Virus record (IMG/VR): IMGVR_UViG_3300020016_000163
Location: 1 to 37,692 of that record
Source: a virus
Lineage: Duplodnaviria > Caudoviricetes
Direction: 5' to 3' (one strand)
Length of the DNA: 37,692 nucleotides
This document shows positions 26,262-33,662 of the stretch, piece by piece. Each line of letters opens with the position of its first letter. The stretch's first letter is position 1. A program made the translations under genes and the position numbers. The notes beneath the pieces are model-generated. The model saw nothing but the letters and a program-made list of their open reading frames with translations, made no database searches and was not told the DNA's origin.

Positions 26262-26359
26262 TTTATCCCTGCCTGTTCCGGAGGGGAATTCAGGCAGGGG
26301 AAAGCTATTGAGAACTTTATCCCCGCCGCCTGGGAGGGATCCCAGCGGCAAGGGAAAGC
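26262..26359 (-). repeat. Two tandem 44-nt hairpins
   Basis: 26262-26305 and 26316-26359 share ends (plus strand TTTATCCC...GGGAAAGC) and central GGAGGG; interiors differ but still pair. Confidence 0.75.
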
Positions 26360-26360
26360 C

Positions 26361-26969
26361 CTATTTTTCGAATCTGACCTCATCCAAGTACAACGTGAAT
26401 CCGTTCGGGTTGTCATCGCGGCTTGCGGCCCAACAGAACCCACCAATCACATGCGTTAGGTTCTTATCCGCTAGATCAATCGTGTATTTCTTCCAGTCTT
26501 TCGTTAGTGTTATAGGTCCGATGCTCTGAGCGTCTGAATCGCCATGTTCGCCGGTGATCCCACCCACCTTAAACTCAGCAATCTTTTCGCCACCTTCAGC
26601 GCCTCGGGCCCAGAACGTCAAGCGTTTCATTTGGGAGATATCAAATCCACCTGGCTTATCTCCCCAGTTATTCGGTGGCTGTTGCCAAAACATACCGGCC
26701 CAATTCGCACCCTGAGCACCCTTAGCAACGTATGTGACTTTGAAACACGTCTTCCCGTCTACACACCCTTCCGTATCGCCGTCATTGATCTTGATATCTC
26801 CCCAATCACCCATCCAACCGGACGGGGCGAAATGGTTAAGTCGTGAGCCTTTGTCAGAGTAAATGTAGAAGACGTTATCTTGCGATAGTGCTTTAGGTTT
26901 AGCTTTGGCATAGGCTAAGGACGTTAGTGTCCCTAGGGCCAACAGTAGTGCGCCGTATTTAGCTTGCAT
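26361..26969 (-). CDS. Secreted carbohydrate-binding-module-like (galactose-binding fold) protein
   Basis: Signal peptide ending AYA; PSGWMGD, WAG..W, FD.S....LTFWARG..GGE, LT.DW..Y.IDL, LYLDEVRFE; AAGGAG RBS. Confidence 0.8.
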   Translation of the reverse strand: MQAKYGALLLALGTLTSLAYAKAKPKALSQDNVFYIYSDKGSRLNHFAPSGWMGDWGDIKINDGDTEGCVDGKTCFKVTYVAKGAQGANWAGMFWQQPPNNWGDKPGGFDISQMKRLTFWARGAEGGEKIAEFKVGGITGEHGDSDAQSIGPITLTKDWKKYTIDLADKNLTHVIGGFCWAASRDDNPNGFTLYLDEVRFEK

Positions 26970-26990
26970 GGTGTGACTCCTTTGTTTGGG

Positions 26991-27245
26991 TTATGCGGAT
27001 TTACGACTTCTATTCTTAATCGTTGAAACGCTTATACGCAGACCCTGATTGCATAGGCATTCATTGAGGTGTAGGCCGTTGACGCAACCCAGCCGCTTGT
27101 TCTCCAGCAACTTTTCAGCATTCCGAAGTTGACCCATCATCATTTGAAATTCGACCGTGCCAATCTTGCGCTTTTCAAAGACAAGCAGCAGGAGCCTTAA
27201 AATTTCATGGAGGTTCTTTTCAACTTCGGTTCGAAGATCGATCAT
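26991..27245 (-). CDS. Hypothetical protein
   Basis: Operon-packed; C..G.H...C.C. Confidence 0.55.
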   Translation of the reverse strand: MIDLRTEVEKNLHEILRLLLLVFEKRKIGTVEFQMMMGQLRNAEKLLENKRLGCVNGLHLNECLCNQGLRISVSTIKNRSRKSA

Positions 27246-27247
27246 GA

Positions 27248-27433
27248 TTAGTTGTAGAGGCTGATATCGGGTTGCTCTTTAGGATCCACTGTCACAATCA
27301 AAATCTTCATGACTTCAGCGGTTTGCCCTACACGTTGAATAGCCTCTACCCAATATTTGGCGTTGTCTTTGGAGGTCAAAAAGCCTTTATGCGGTTGCTC
27401 TTTGGAATAGACCACAAACAAATCCTGATCCAT
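27248..27433 (-). CDS. Hypothetical protein
   Basis: AAGGAGG RBS. Confidence 0.65.
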   Translation of the reverse strand: MDQDLFVVYSKEQPHKGFLTSKDNAKYWVEAIQRVGQTAEVMKILIVTVDPKEQPDISLYN

Positions 27434-27434
27434 G

Positions 27435-27857
27435 TTAGTCCACCTCCTTGATGGATTTCATCAGCTTGCATGTCTCGCATTGCTCAACAATTTTCTGGCC
27501 CATCGTTGTTAATTTGGATCGGGTATGAGCCAGGCAATGGCGGCATGGGCTTAAAATGCCATGGTTATTGGGGTTGGCTAAGGCACTTCGTAGCTGATTG
27601 ACTTCATTGGTTCTGGATTCTACGTAGGCGTTCCAGAGTTTGACCGCTTGGCTGATCGTTTGTCCCGTTGCCACGTAGGGATGATCCATCGGGCAGCGCA
27701 AGACATAATCAAAGGCTCGGTGGGGATGGTTAAAGACAGGGGCTTCTTGGGTTAGGCGAGGTGAGTCATAACAAACAGGACACACTGCGGCATTTTCTAA
27801 GTCAACGTATTGTTTTGCACTTTCGTCTGGATAACGTCTTACTCCGTTATCGCTCAT
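27435..27857 (-). CDS. Double zinc-ribbon protein (Lar-like N-terminal part)
   Basis: CPVC...C...A...WN then CRHC...CETC; AAGGAG RBS. Confidence 0.65.
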   Translation of the reverse strand: MSDNGVRRYPDESAKQYVDLENAAVCPVCYDSPRLTQEAPVFNHPHRAFDYVLRCPMDHPYVATGQTISQAVKLWNAYVESRTNEVNQLRSALANPNNHGILSPCRHCLAHTRSKLTTMGQKIVEQCETCKLMKSIKEVD

Positions 27858-27988
27858 TTGAGGCTCCTTTATGCGCGTATTTTAGGCGATGATTGTGTGG
27901 CTATTTACTGGTTAACGTCTCCTTTTAGGGCTCGAATTTGTTCTGCGAACTCGTAGCAAACATTTACGCTTCCGACATTTAGTGCCCA

Positions 27989-28222
27989 TTATTTAGCCCC
28001 TCGCGTTTCTTTGAGTAGGGCACAATAGCGACAGTCTGGATATGCCTGTAAATGAATCTTCGAGTTTTTCTCACTATATCCATGAGCATTTTCCAACGCC
28101 TCAACCAGGCGGGGGAATAATTTGATTCGTTTCTTAGCTTCTTTTGTTGCCACAGAGCAACAATACGGCTCACTGATTAGGGCGCACTTATCGACATGAG
28201 GCAACGGGCTAGGCTGGGTCAT
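27989..28222 (-). CDS. Hypothetical protein
   Basis: F..LVEALE...C.YC; ATGA overlap. Confidence 0.6.
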   Translation of the reverse strand: MTQPSPLPHVDKCALISEPYCCSVATKEAKKRIKLFPRLVEALENAHGYSEKNSKIHLQAYPDCRYCALLKETRGAK

Positions 28223-28506
28223 GGTTGTTTAAATCCCGCTTGAGTCATTTCGCACGAGTTGACATAAATTGCCGGTGGCTGTTTTTTTACGGGTTGACCA
28301 TTAAGTTGAACGAGTTTAACGCCTGTGATTTTCTGAAATGTGCAAGGATTCTGGCGTTCACGCATAACTTGTTGCATAAGCATGGCATCTTCCACGCCAT
28401 TTTCTGCCCCGCGGCGAGCGGCCGCCTGAACTTGATCCGTATATTCATCTGCTGTCGCAAATGAAGGAACTGCCATCAATCCAATTGCGATAAGAAGAAA
28501 TTTCAT
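28219..28506 (-). CDS. Small secreted protein with a Cys pair
   Basis: AAGGAGG RBS before 28506; MKFLLIAIGLMAVPSFATA signal peptide. Confidence 0.7.
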   Translation of the reverse strand: MKFLLIAIGLMAVPSFATADEYTDQVQAAARRGAENGVEDAMLMQQVMRERQNPCTFQKITGVKLVQLNGQPVKKQPPAIYVNSCEMTQAGFKQP

Positions 28507-28507
28507 T

Positions 28508-28660
28508 TTAAGCCTCCTTTGGTTTGGCCTTGCGCTTGATACGCTCTTTGTTCCAATAGGGGCTCTGGCATTTGGGGCATTTGACCGGCAACTCGACATG
28601 CCTTGGAAACCAAGTGTGCAAACAACGTTTGCAACTCAGCGTTGGGATCTTCATGTTCAT
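28508..28660 (-). CDS. Small zinc-finger, probable DNA-binding protein
   Basis: CKRC.H.W.PR....P..CPKC.SPYW plus basic tail; GGAG RBS. Confidence 0.75.
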   Translation of the reverse strand: MNMKIPTLSCKRCLHTWFPRHVELPVKCPKCQSPYWNKERIKRKAKPKEA

Positions 28661-28686
28661 AACATCTCCGGGAGAAATCATAAGAT

Positions 28687-28715
28687 AGTATACCTCCATA
28701 ATATACCATTGTCAG
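28687..28715 (-). promoter_or_regulatory. sigma70 promoter
   Basis: CTGACA-17-TATACT; shares an 18-bp box with the 29376 promoter. Confidence 0.7.
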
Positions 28716-28718
28716 GAC

Positions 28719-29069
28719 CTAGTTACCAATAAAATAAAAGCGCACACCCGCACCTAAGCTATAGCCTGTGGATGTGGTGTTATAGGCCTGTTGGGTAATG
28801 GGACCGCCATGGGCCGTTAGGGTAATGGCGTTAGTCAGGGGCATCCGGGCATCCATGGTGAAGGTCTTTTCATCATATTGGGTCTTATCGAACGTAGCTG
28901 GCAAGGTTGTGCCATTGAACTGATAGGTCAGCATAGCTGGGTTAGCACCATTCATATGCTCAACGTTGTAATCCAGGCCTATCGAGAAATAACGATCAGG
29001 GTTCTTAGTGGTATCGGCATATAGCGTGGTAGCGGCGAACAATGCGGCGATGGCAATTAAAGTCTTCAT
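28719..29069 (-). CDS. Small secreted outer-membrane beta-strand protein
   Basis: Signal peptide ending LYA; amphipathic strands; C-terminal YSLGAGVRFYF resembles a beta-signal. Confidence 0.7.
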   Translation of the reverse strand: MKTLIAIAALFAATTLYADTTKNPDRYFSIGLDYNVEHMNGANPAMLTYQFNGTTLPATFDKTQYDEKTFTMDARMPLTNAITLTAHGGPITQQAYNTTSTGYSLGAGVRFYFIGN

Positions 29070-29070
29070 G

Positions 29071-29223
29071 TTAGGCTACCATCCGATTCATGAGATAGAT
29101 GTGCTCAGGTTCTGAATAGGCTTTGTGATCAAAGAAGCTGATAAACACGATTTGGTTGTCTTGGTACACATAGGCCACTGAGAGGTATTCACCGGCGCGG
29201 TCTTGGATGATTAAGGTTTCCAT
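29071..29223 (-). CDS. Hypothetical protein
   Basis: Likely start METLII; near the start of the early operon. Confidence 0.5.
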   Translation of the reverse strand: METLIIQDRAGEYLSVAYVYQDNQIVFISFFDHKAYSEPEHIYLMNRMVA

Positions 29224-29375
29224 GTTAGGCCACCGCCTTGCGATTTTGTTTCCATTCTTTGAAGCTCTTTGGCTGATATCCATAATCCTGCATGACACCT
29301 TTGTATATCCGGTACTTCTCTCGTTCGGTCATCATGGTCTTGGCTCCTGGTCAAACCCCTAATCTCTACACTCAT

Positions 29376-29404
29376 AGTATACCACCATAATGGTATACTG
29401 TCAA
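29376..29404 (-). promoter_or_regulatory. Strong sigma70 early promoter overlapped by a palindrome
   Basis: TTGACA-17-TATACT with extended -10 TG; inverted repeat AGTATACCA-n6-TGGTATACT at 29376-29399. Confidence 0.85.
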
Positions 29405-29428
29405 GGGGAGAGTTTTGGAGGGGTATAG

Positions 29429-29474
29429 AAAAAGGGCCTAAAACACACCGTTAAATAGACGTGTTTTAAGCCCT
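29429..29474 (-). terminator. Intrinsic terminator ending the late/lysis operon
   Basis: AGGGCTTAAAACAC...GTGTTTTAGGCCCT followed by T-run. Confidence 0.75.
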
Positions 29475-29494
29475 CAGATAGACGAAGAAAAGCT

Positions 29495-29830
29495 CTAGGC
29501 CGGGGTCGTAATAGTCGTTACAGGTTCGCTAGTCGTAACCGTTGTTGAGGTAGATTTAGCGGTTTGAATATCTGCTACCGCTTTAGCTACGATTCGGCCG
29601 ATATTATAGACGCTTGCCCCAACTACACTGACAATAGCTGCATATTTCGGGGGGATAAACCCTGAGACCGCTCCCCATAACATCCCGATTTGGGTTGCGA
29701 GATGAAAGTAGAATTCTGTAGTCCGGTATCCTGGTGTTCCTGATTCTGTTGGCATCTTAGCCTCCTTGATTGATTCTTCTACGAACGTCTTTCCCTTCCA
29801 GATTAACTTGAGCTTGTCGATGATATTCAT
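29495..29830 (-). CDS. Holin-like membrane protein
   Basis: PGY.TTEF followed by two hydrophobic helices and Y.IGR...K; last gene of lysis block. Confidence 0.6.
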   Translation of the reverse strand: MNIIDKLKLIWKGKTFVEESIKEAKMPTESGTPGYRTTEFYFHLATQIGMLWGAVSGFIPPKYAAIVSVVGASVYNIGRIVAKAVADIQTAKSTSTTVTTSEPVTTITTPA

Positions 29831-29955
29831 CCGCCGTACCTCTTAAATTTAAGACATTCACAATCTCGTTTAATGCACTGCAACGTAATTGGATCATGGA
29901 ACAAACGACTATGCTTACAGATACACATCAAGTACTTCTGGCGCAAAGGGGTCAT
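29827..29955 (-). CDS. 42-aa Cys/His metal-binding protein
   Basis: Hand-translated ...CICKHSRLFH...C...CEC..F; same pattern as 9353..9556; ATGA overlaps both sides. Confidence 0.6.
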   Translation of the reverse strand: MTPLRQKYLMCICKHSRLFHDPITLQCIKRDCECLKFKRYGG

Positions 29956-30221
29956 AAATCCTCAATCTTTTTGATGTAGCCATGGATCGTCGTTCTATCG
30001 TAATTCTCGGTATAAGGCGAATAATAAATGCCTTCTCCTGGCCGAATCATTCGAGGAAATACAACGTCGCAACCATCGCTACAATGAGCAACCCAAGCAA
30101 AGACCACATCAGCCACTTTCTTTTCGGTGACACTATCCACCACACAATAGTCGTAAGACTTAATCGGTCGCTCAGCGCAGCCCACCAGGGCCATCAGTAA
30201 AACTATGGAAACAACTTTCAT
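29952..30221 (-). CDS. Lipoprotein (possibly spanin-related)
   Basis: MKVVSIVLLMALVGC lipobox; in lysis block. Confidence 0.65.
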   Translation of the reverse strand: MKVVSIVLLMALVGCAERPIKSYDYCVVDSVTEKKVADVVFAWVAHCSDGCDVVFPRMIRPGEGIYYSPYTENYDRTTIHGYIKKIEDL

Positions 30222-30763
30222 TCTTTCGCATCGCCTTCTTCGGGAACCTCGATGGGTTTTGGTTTGTATCGCTGTACTCGGGGATGATTAGCCCGATTGA
30301 TCTTCTTATTTAACGTAGTCATATCCTTCCCCGTTTGCTTCCAATACGCAGAAATTGTTGGCCAGGAGGACACGGCGACGACCGCGATACTACCAATAGC
30401 ACCGATGACCTTAGCCCAGAACATAAGCCAGGCTCCGAGGTCTCTTTCTTTGCCATCCAACTTGGCTTTAAGTTCCTTAAGCTGACCCACAATGCCTTTA
30501 CCGCCAGCAGCATCTGGATGGAATACCCTGGAAATGGAGTTAAGCTCGGTTTCAATCGCATTGACTTGCCCTACTAGGCCACTATCTCGCGTGCTCATGT
30601 CCCCCCTGAGTAGGATCTCAAGGTCAGCGATCTTTGTCGCCAAATCATCGATATCGTCATCCGTCGTTTTTTGGGCTGAAGTAAGCGAAACCACCCTGGC
30701 TTCAAGGTTCTCAATTCGCTCAATCCACCGACGATCATCTTCTCGCCTGAATTGATCTTCCAC
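30218..30763 (-). CDS. Coiled-coil protein with one TM segment
   Basis: RR.DD, heptads, GLV..V, TM near 110-133; lysis-region type. Confidence 0.7.
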   Translation of the reverse strand: MEDQFRREDDRRWIERIENLEARVVSLTSAQKTTDDDIDDLATKIADLEILLRGDMSTRDSGLVGQVNAIETELNSISRVFHPDAAGGKGIVGQLKELKAKLDGKERDLGAWLMFWAKVIGAIGSIAVVAVSSWPTISAYWKQTGKDMTTLNKKINRANHPRVQRYKPKPIEVPEEGDAKE

Positions 30764-30765
30764 AT

Positions 30766-31104
30766 TTATTTATGAGCGATAGGCGGATACATCGTCATTT
30801 GGGCTAAATTCCCCACTCGATCCATAACCTTATTGAAAGTGGCATCATTAAGCTGATGCCACGTGAAGCTATGTTTGGCTCGTGGCCCAAAATATTGAAG
30901 ATGGACCGTTTCTTCTTTGTCATGCCAGAAGATGTCAATAATAATGTGCGTCTGTTCAAATTGCCAGATGATTTGCACGACTTCGCCATTTTCGATCTTG
31001 TCTTTTTTCCACTTTCTAAGTTTGTTATCAATGACCCCCTCCAGAGAGGAGACCCAATCTCTCATTTGTATTTTTTCCACTAGTTTTTCTCCATCAGCGC
31101 CCAA
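30766..31104 (-). CDS. Hypothetical protein
   Basis: Fills gap between endolysin and membrane protein; start uncertain. Confidence 0.6.
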   Translation of the reverse strand: MGADGEKLVEKIQMRDWVSSLEGVIDNKLRKWKKDKIENGEVVQIIWQFEQTHIIIDIFWHDKEETVHLQYFGPRAKHSFTWHQLNDATFNKVMDRVGNLAQMTMYPPIAHK

Positions 31105-31469
31105 GTTACCTCTTTAGGTTTAGTCGTGTCGATATCTACATGGATATGATGCGGGATCAAGCGATTTGGATTCGTGGGATCGATAGTGAAATATTCTCCG
31201 ATCCTGTTTGCCAAACCAGCCGTAATCAAGCCATACATAATGCGATTCTTCGTGTGATCGTCGCCCGTCGCCAAATCCACGGCCAACCCGGTCAAATGCG
31301 CCGAATCGGAGACCGCACCCGTCAAGGTTGCATTGTGTTCGGGTGTCCGTTTCCCAGAAGTTATGATGAACGGGACTCCGGCCTGTTCCCGCGCCACATC
31401 TAATTTTGCACAAAGCTCTCTATCTAGCCCTAAAACTTCTTCATCGCTGAACCATTTGTAATTACTCAT
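31080..31469 (-). CDS. Endolysin, peptidase M15 family
   Basis: LD.AR...G.P..ITSG.R...HN......SAH..G.AVD...HIHVD; likely start MSNYKW. Confidence 0.9.
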   Translation of the reverse strand: MSNYKWFSDEEVLGLDRELCAKLDVAREQAGVPFIITSGKRTPEHNATLTGAVSDSAHLTGLAVDLATGDDHTKNRIMYGLITAGLANRIGEYFTIDPTNPNRLIPHHIHVDIDTTKPKEVTWALMEKN

Positions 31470-31630
31470 TTCAGAGACCCCTGTCCATGAAAACCGCTTG
31501 TTCACGCTGATAAACAGCCCGCGTTTTATAATCACATCGAAGACACTTGAGAGAAACCCCATTATCTTTCCACTCGAAATCTAATGTGCATCCACATAAA
31601 GGGCATAAATCGGACATATCGCTCCACCTG

Positions 31631-31933
31631 TTACGGCATTGAATTCAACTGCGTTTGCAACTGGGCTTTAAGCAATTGATAATAAGCCACGATATCTTGC
31701 TGTTGTTGGGACGTCAGATTGATCGGAACTGTACTAAAAGCAATTGTGTAAGAATTCCCATTATTGAGTAATGAATCCGTCGCATTAGCTAAGTTCATTA
31801 TTTTGAATAATGTCGATTCCATTTGATTGACTGCGGTTCTTACCTGCTTGACCTGGGCGGTCGTTAAAGCCGCTTGGGCATTCGGTGCAAAACTTAACCC
31901 AACTAGAAGCACTATCAGTTTCTTTAGTTGCAT
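31631..31933 (-). CDS. Small helical protein with signal peptide
   Basis: GGAGGAG RBS before 31933; MQLKKLIVLLVGLSFAPNAQA. Confidence 0.7.
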   Translation of the reverse strand: MQLKKLIVLLVGLSFAPNAQAALTTAQVKQVRTAVNQMESTLFKIMNLANATDSLLNNGNSYTIAFSTVPINLTSQQQQDIVAYYQLLKAQLQTQLNSMP

Positions 31934-32730
31934 GTGCAAGCTCCTCCTGCTCCGACGGTGGTTGAACAATAACCTAGCGTGGTAGCGGTTTTCCAACAAA
32001 CGGTTTGACCCGATGACCCACCCGTATTGATCGTGATACTTCCCACAATGACGCCGTACTTTACACCAAGACCGCTGGCATTAGTCAGGGTCATGCTGGA
32101 AGTAACGAGGATTCCTGATGTTGGGGTCATGCGTAAAGCTTCAACATTTTGAGGTCTAAAAATAATGTCTTTGCCGCCATCTGAAGGAAATCCAGTTTCT
32201 ATGAGCATGTTGCCGCTATTCCAGAAATCGACATGCTGATCGATGGAATTTCTGGATGCGACCATGTTAGGAGAACTCGGTATACCCGCACTTACAGCGC
32301 CGAGTAAAGCTCCGTATACTCCGAGGTATAACGGATACTGATCTTTAACGGTAAATTGGTCTACTTGTTGGATGCTTCCCACGCTAAACATGGGGTCCGC
32401 GGCTCCATATACAGCGTCATTTTTAAAGATGTCTATAACTCCCTGGTTGAGGTTACCTGAAATCCCAGTTATAGAAAACACGTTCAGCGATCCATTAGTA
32501 ACAATTGTTTTCACCCTTAGGGGACCATTCACTGTCCCGGTGTCTACACTAAATGCCGATGGGATTTGCGGGGTCGTGGTGTTTTGGATGTAATTGGTGC
32601 TTCCAGGCGAAAGGCCGGAAACGGCCTGAGTTGTTAAAAGAACGTCTGCATTGGACCTTAAAGAACCTAATCGATCCGCAAATACATCCGATGCAACTAA
32701 AAGCAACATGGCTAAAATGATCAATCTCAT
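31924..32730 (-). CDS. Tail-fibre/spike-like beta-rich protein with signal peptide and four C-terminal Cys
   Basis: MRLIILAMLLLVASDVFA; GSTNYIQN, DIIF....VEALR fibre-type segments; ATGA overlap with upstream stop. Confidence 0.6.
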   Translation of the reverse strand: MRLIILAMLLLVASDVFADRLGSLRSNADVLLTTQAVSGLSPGSTNYIQNTTTPQIPSAFSVDTGTVNGPLRVKTIVTNGSLNVFSITGISGNLNQGVIDIFKNDAVYGAADPMFSVGSIQQVDQFTVKDQYPLYLGVYGALLGAVSAGIPSSPNMVASRNSIDQHVDFWNSGNMLIETGFPSDGGKDIIFRPQNVEALRMTPTSGILVTSSMTLTNASGLGVKYGVIVGSITINTGGSSGQTVCWKTATTLGYCSTTVGAGGACTCN

Positions 32731-33338
32731 TTGATAATCCCAGCGCCCTGCAAACTTTGGATCAAACTCCCGAGAACGGAGGCTAATTCATCAAGCGACG
32801 TTAATGTCGCATCAAATGATCGCGTGGTCGTTACGTTGGTTAGTGTGTATACATCTGAGGAAGTGCTTCCGGTTGAAGTGATCCACTTCGTAAGCCGCCC
32901 ATCCGTTGAAAGAACCTTCCCGCCGTTTCCTGTCTGATCAGCGATCGGGCCTGGGACAACAATGGGATACATTCCACGGCCACTTTTTTCATACTCTTCC
33001 AACGCCTTTTTGATCTTTTTCTCGGCCTCTTTGATGATTTGGGCTGAATTATCAACCAATTCCTTAACAATGACCTTTTCAGGCATCTTTATGGTCTTTT
33101 CAATGATCTTAGTCTCAATCTTGGGTTTTAGGCCCTTAGAAACCGTTGCTATCTCAGAAACGATTTGTGAGCTAATTAACGCCTTGATTTCGTCGGTTAT
33201 CTGAACCTCGACGCGAGGAGGGGCCACATAAGGCTTTAATTTGGAGTCTTCGAAAGTGTCAAAGACATCCAAATCATCAAAATGGTCAAGTTTGATCTTG
33301 TCGAATACGTCAGCTTTCATCATGGGCCTTTCGGGCAA
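32727..33338 (-). CDS. Fibre-like virion protein
   Basis: DQTGNGGKVLSTDG..W fibre motif; C-terminal L..LI..L...GII; start probably MMKAD. Confidence 0.6.
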   Translation of the reverse strand: MPERPMMKADVFDKIKLDHFDDLDVFDTFEDSKLKPYVAPPRVEVQITDEIKALISSQIVSEIATVSKGLKPKIETKIIEKTIKMPEKVIVKELVDNSAQIIKEAEKKIKKALEEYEKSGRGMYPIVVPGPIADQTGNGGKVLSTDGRLTKWITSTGSTSSDVYTLTNVTTTRSFDATLTSLDELASVLGSLIQSLQGAGIIK

Positions 33339-33359
33339 GCGAATTAGACAAATAGCCCA

Positions 33360-33388
33360 TTGCCAGAGTAGGGGTAAAACAGTAAACT
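33360..33388 (+). promoter_or_regulatory. Candidate sigma70 promoter for antisense membrane-protein gene
   Basis: TTGCCA-17-TAAACT. Confidence 0.5.
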
Positions 33389-33449
33389 TTGCAATCTCTT
33401 ATGCCTCCCCACCAACACAAATACTTCATAGATTTCTTCCTCAACGTGT

Positions 33450-33662
33450 ATGCCCAACGACCTGCGAAAGTGGTGGTGGTTGTACATACTATTAGCAGTC
33501 CTCGCTTCAGGTCTTTTATTCCCAGATAACAACCAATCCAATGCCAGGACTATTGGAATAGGAGTAGCATTCGTTTTGCTCCCATTAATTCGAGGATCCA
33601 TTGTCGCGTTCATAAGAAGGTCAAAAGCTCCATCCTTCACCAGACGCCATCTTCCGCGCTAG
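33450..33662 (+). CDS. Two-TM membrane protein, moron-like
   Basis: Two hydrophobic segments and basic tail; own candidate promoter; no clear RBS. Confidence 0.55.
   Translation: MPNDLRKWWWLYILLAVLASGLLFPDNNQSNARTIGIGVAFVLLPLIRGSIVAFIRRSKAPSFTRRHLPR

Noticed and set aside
23801-26359. CRISPR-like arrays among the short repeats
   Set aside because: Repeats are 6-20 bp without unique spacers, or only two diverged units; no cas genes.
33344-33640. 98-aa minus-strand ORF
   Set aside because: No motif or RBS; the opposite-strand two-TM ORF with a promoter is the better explanation.
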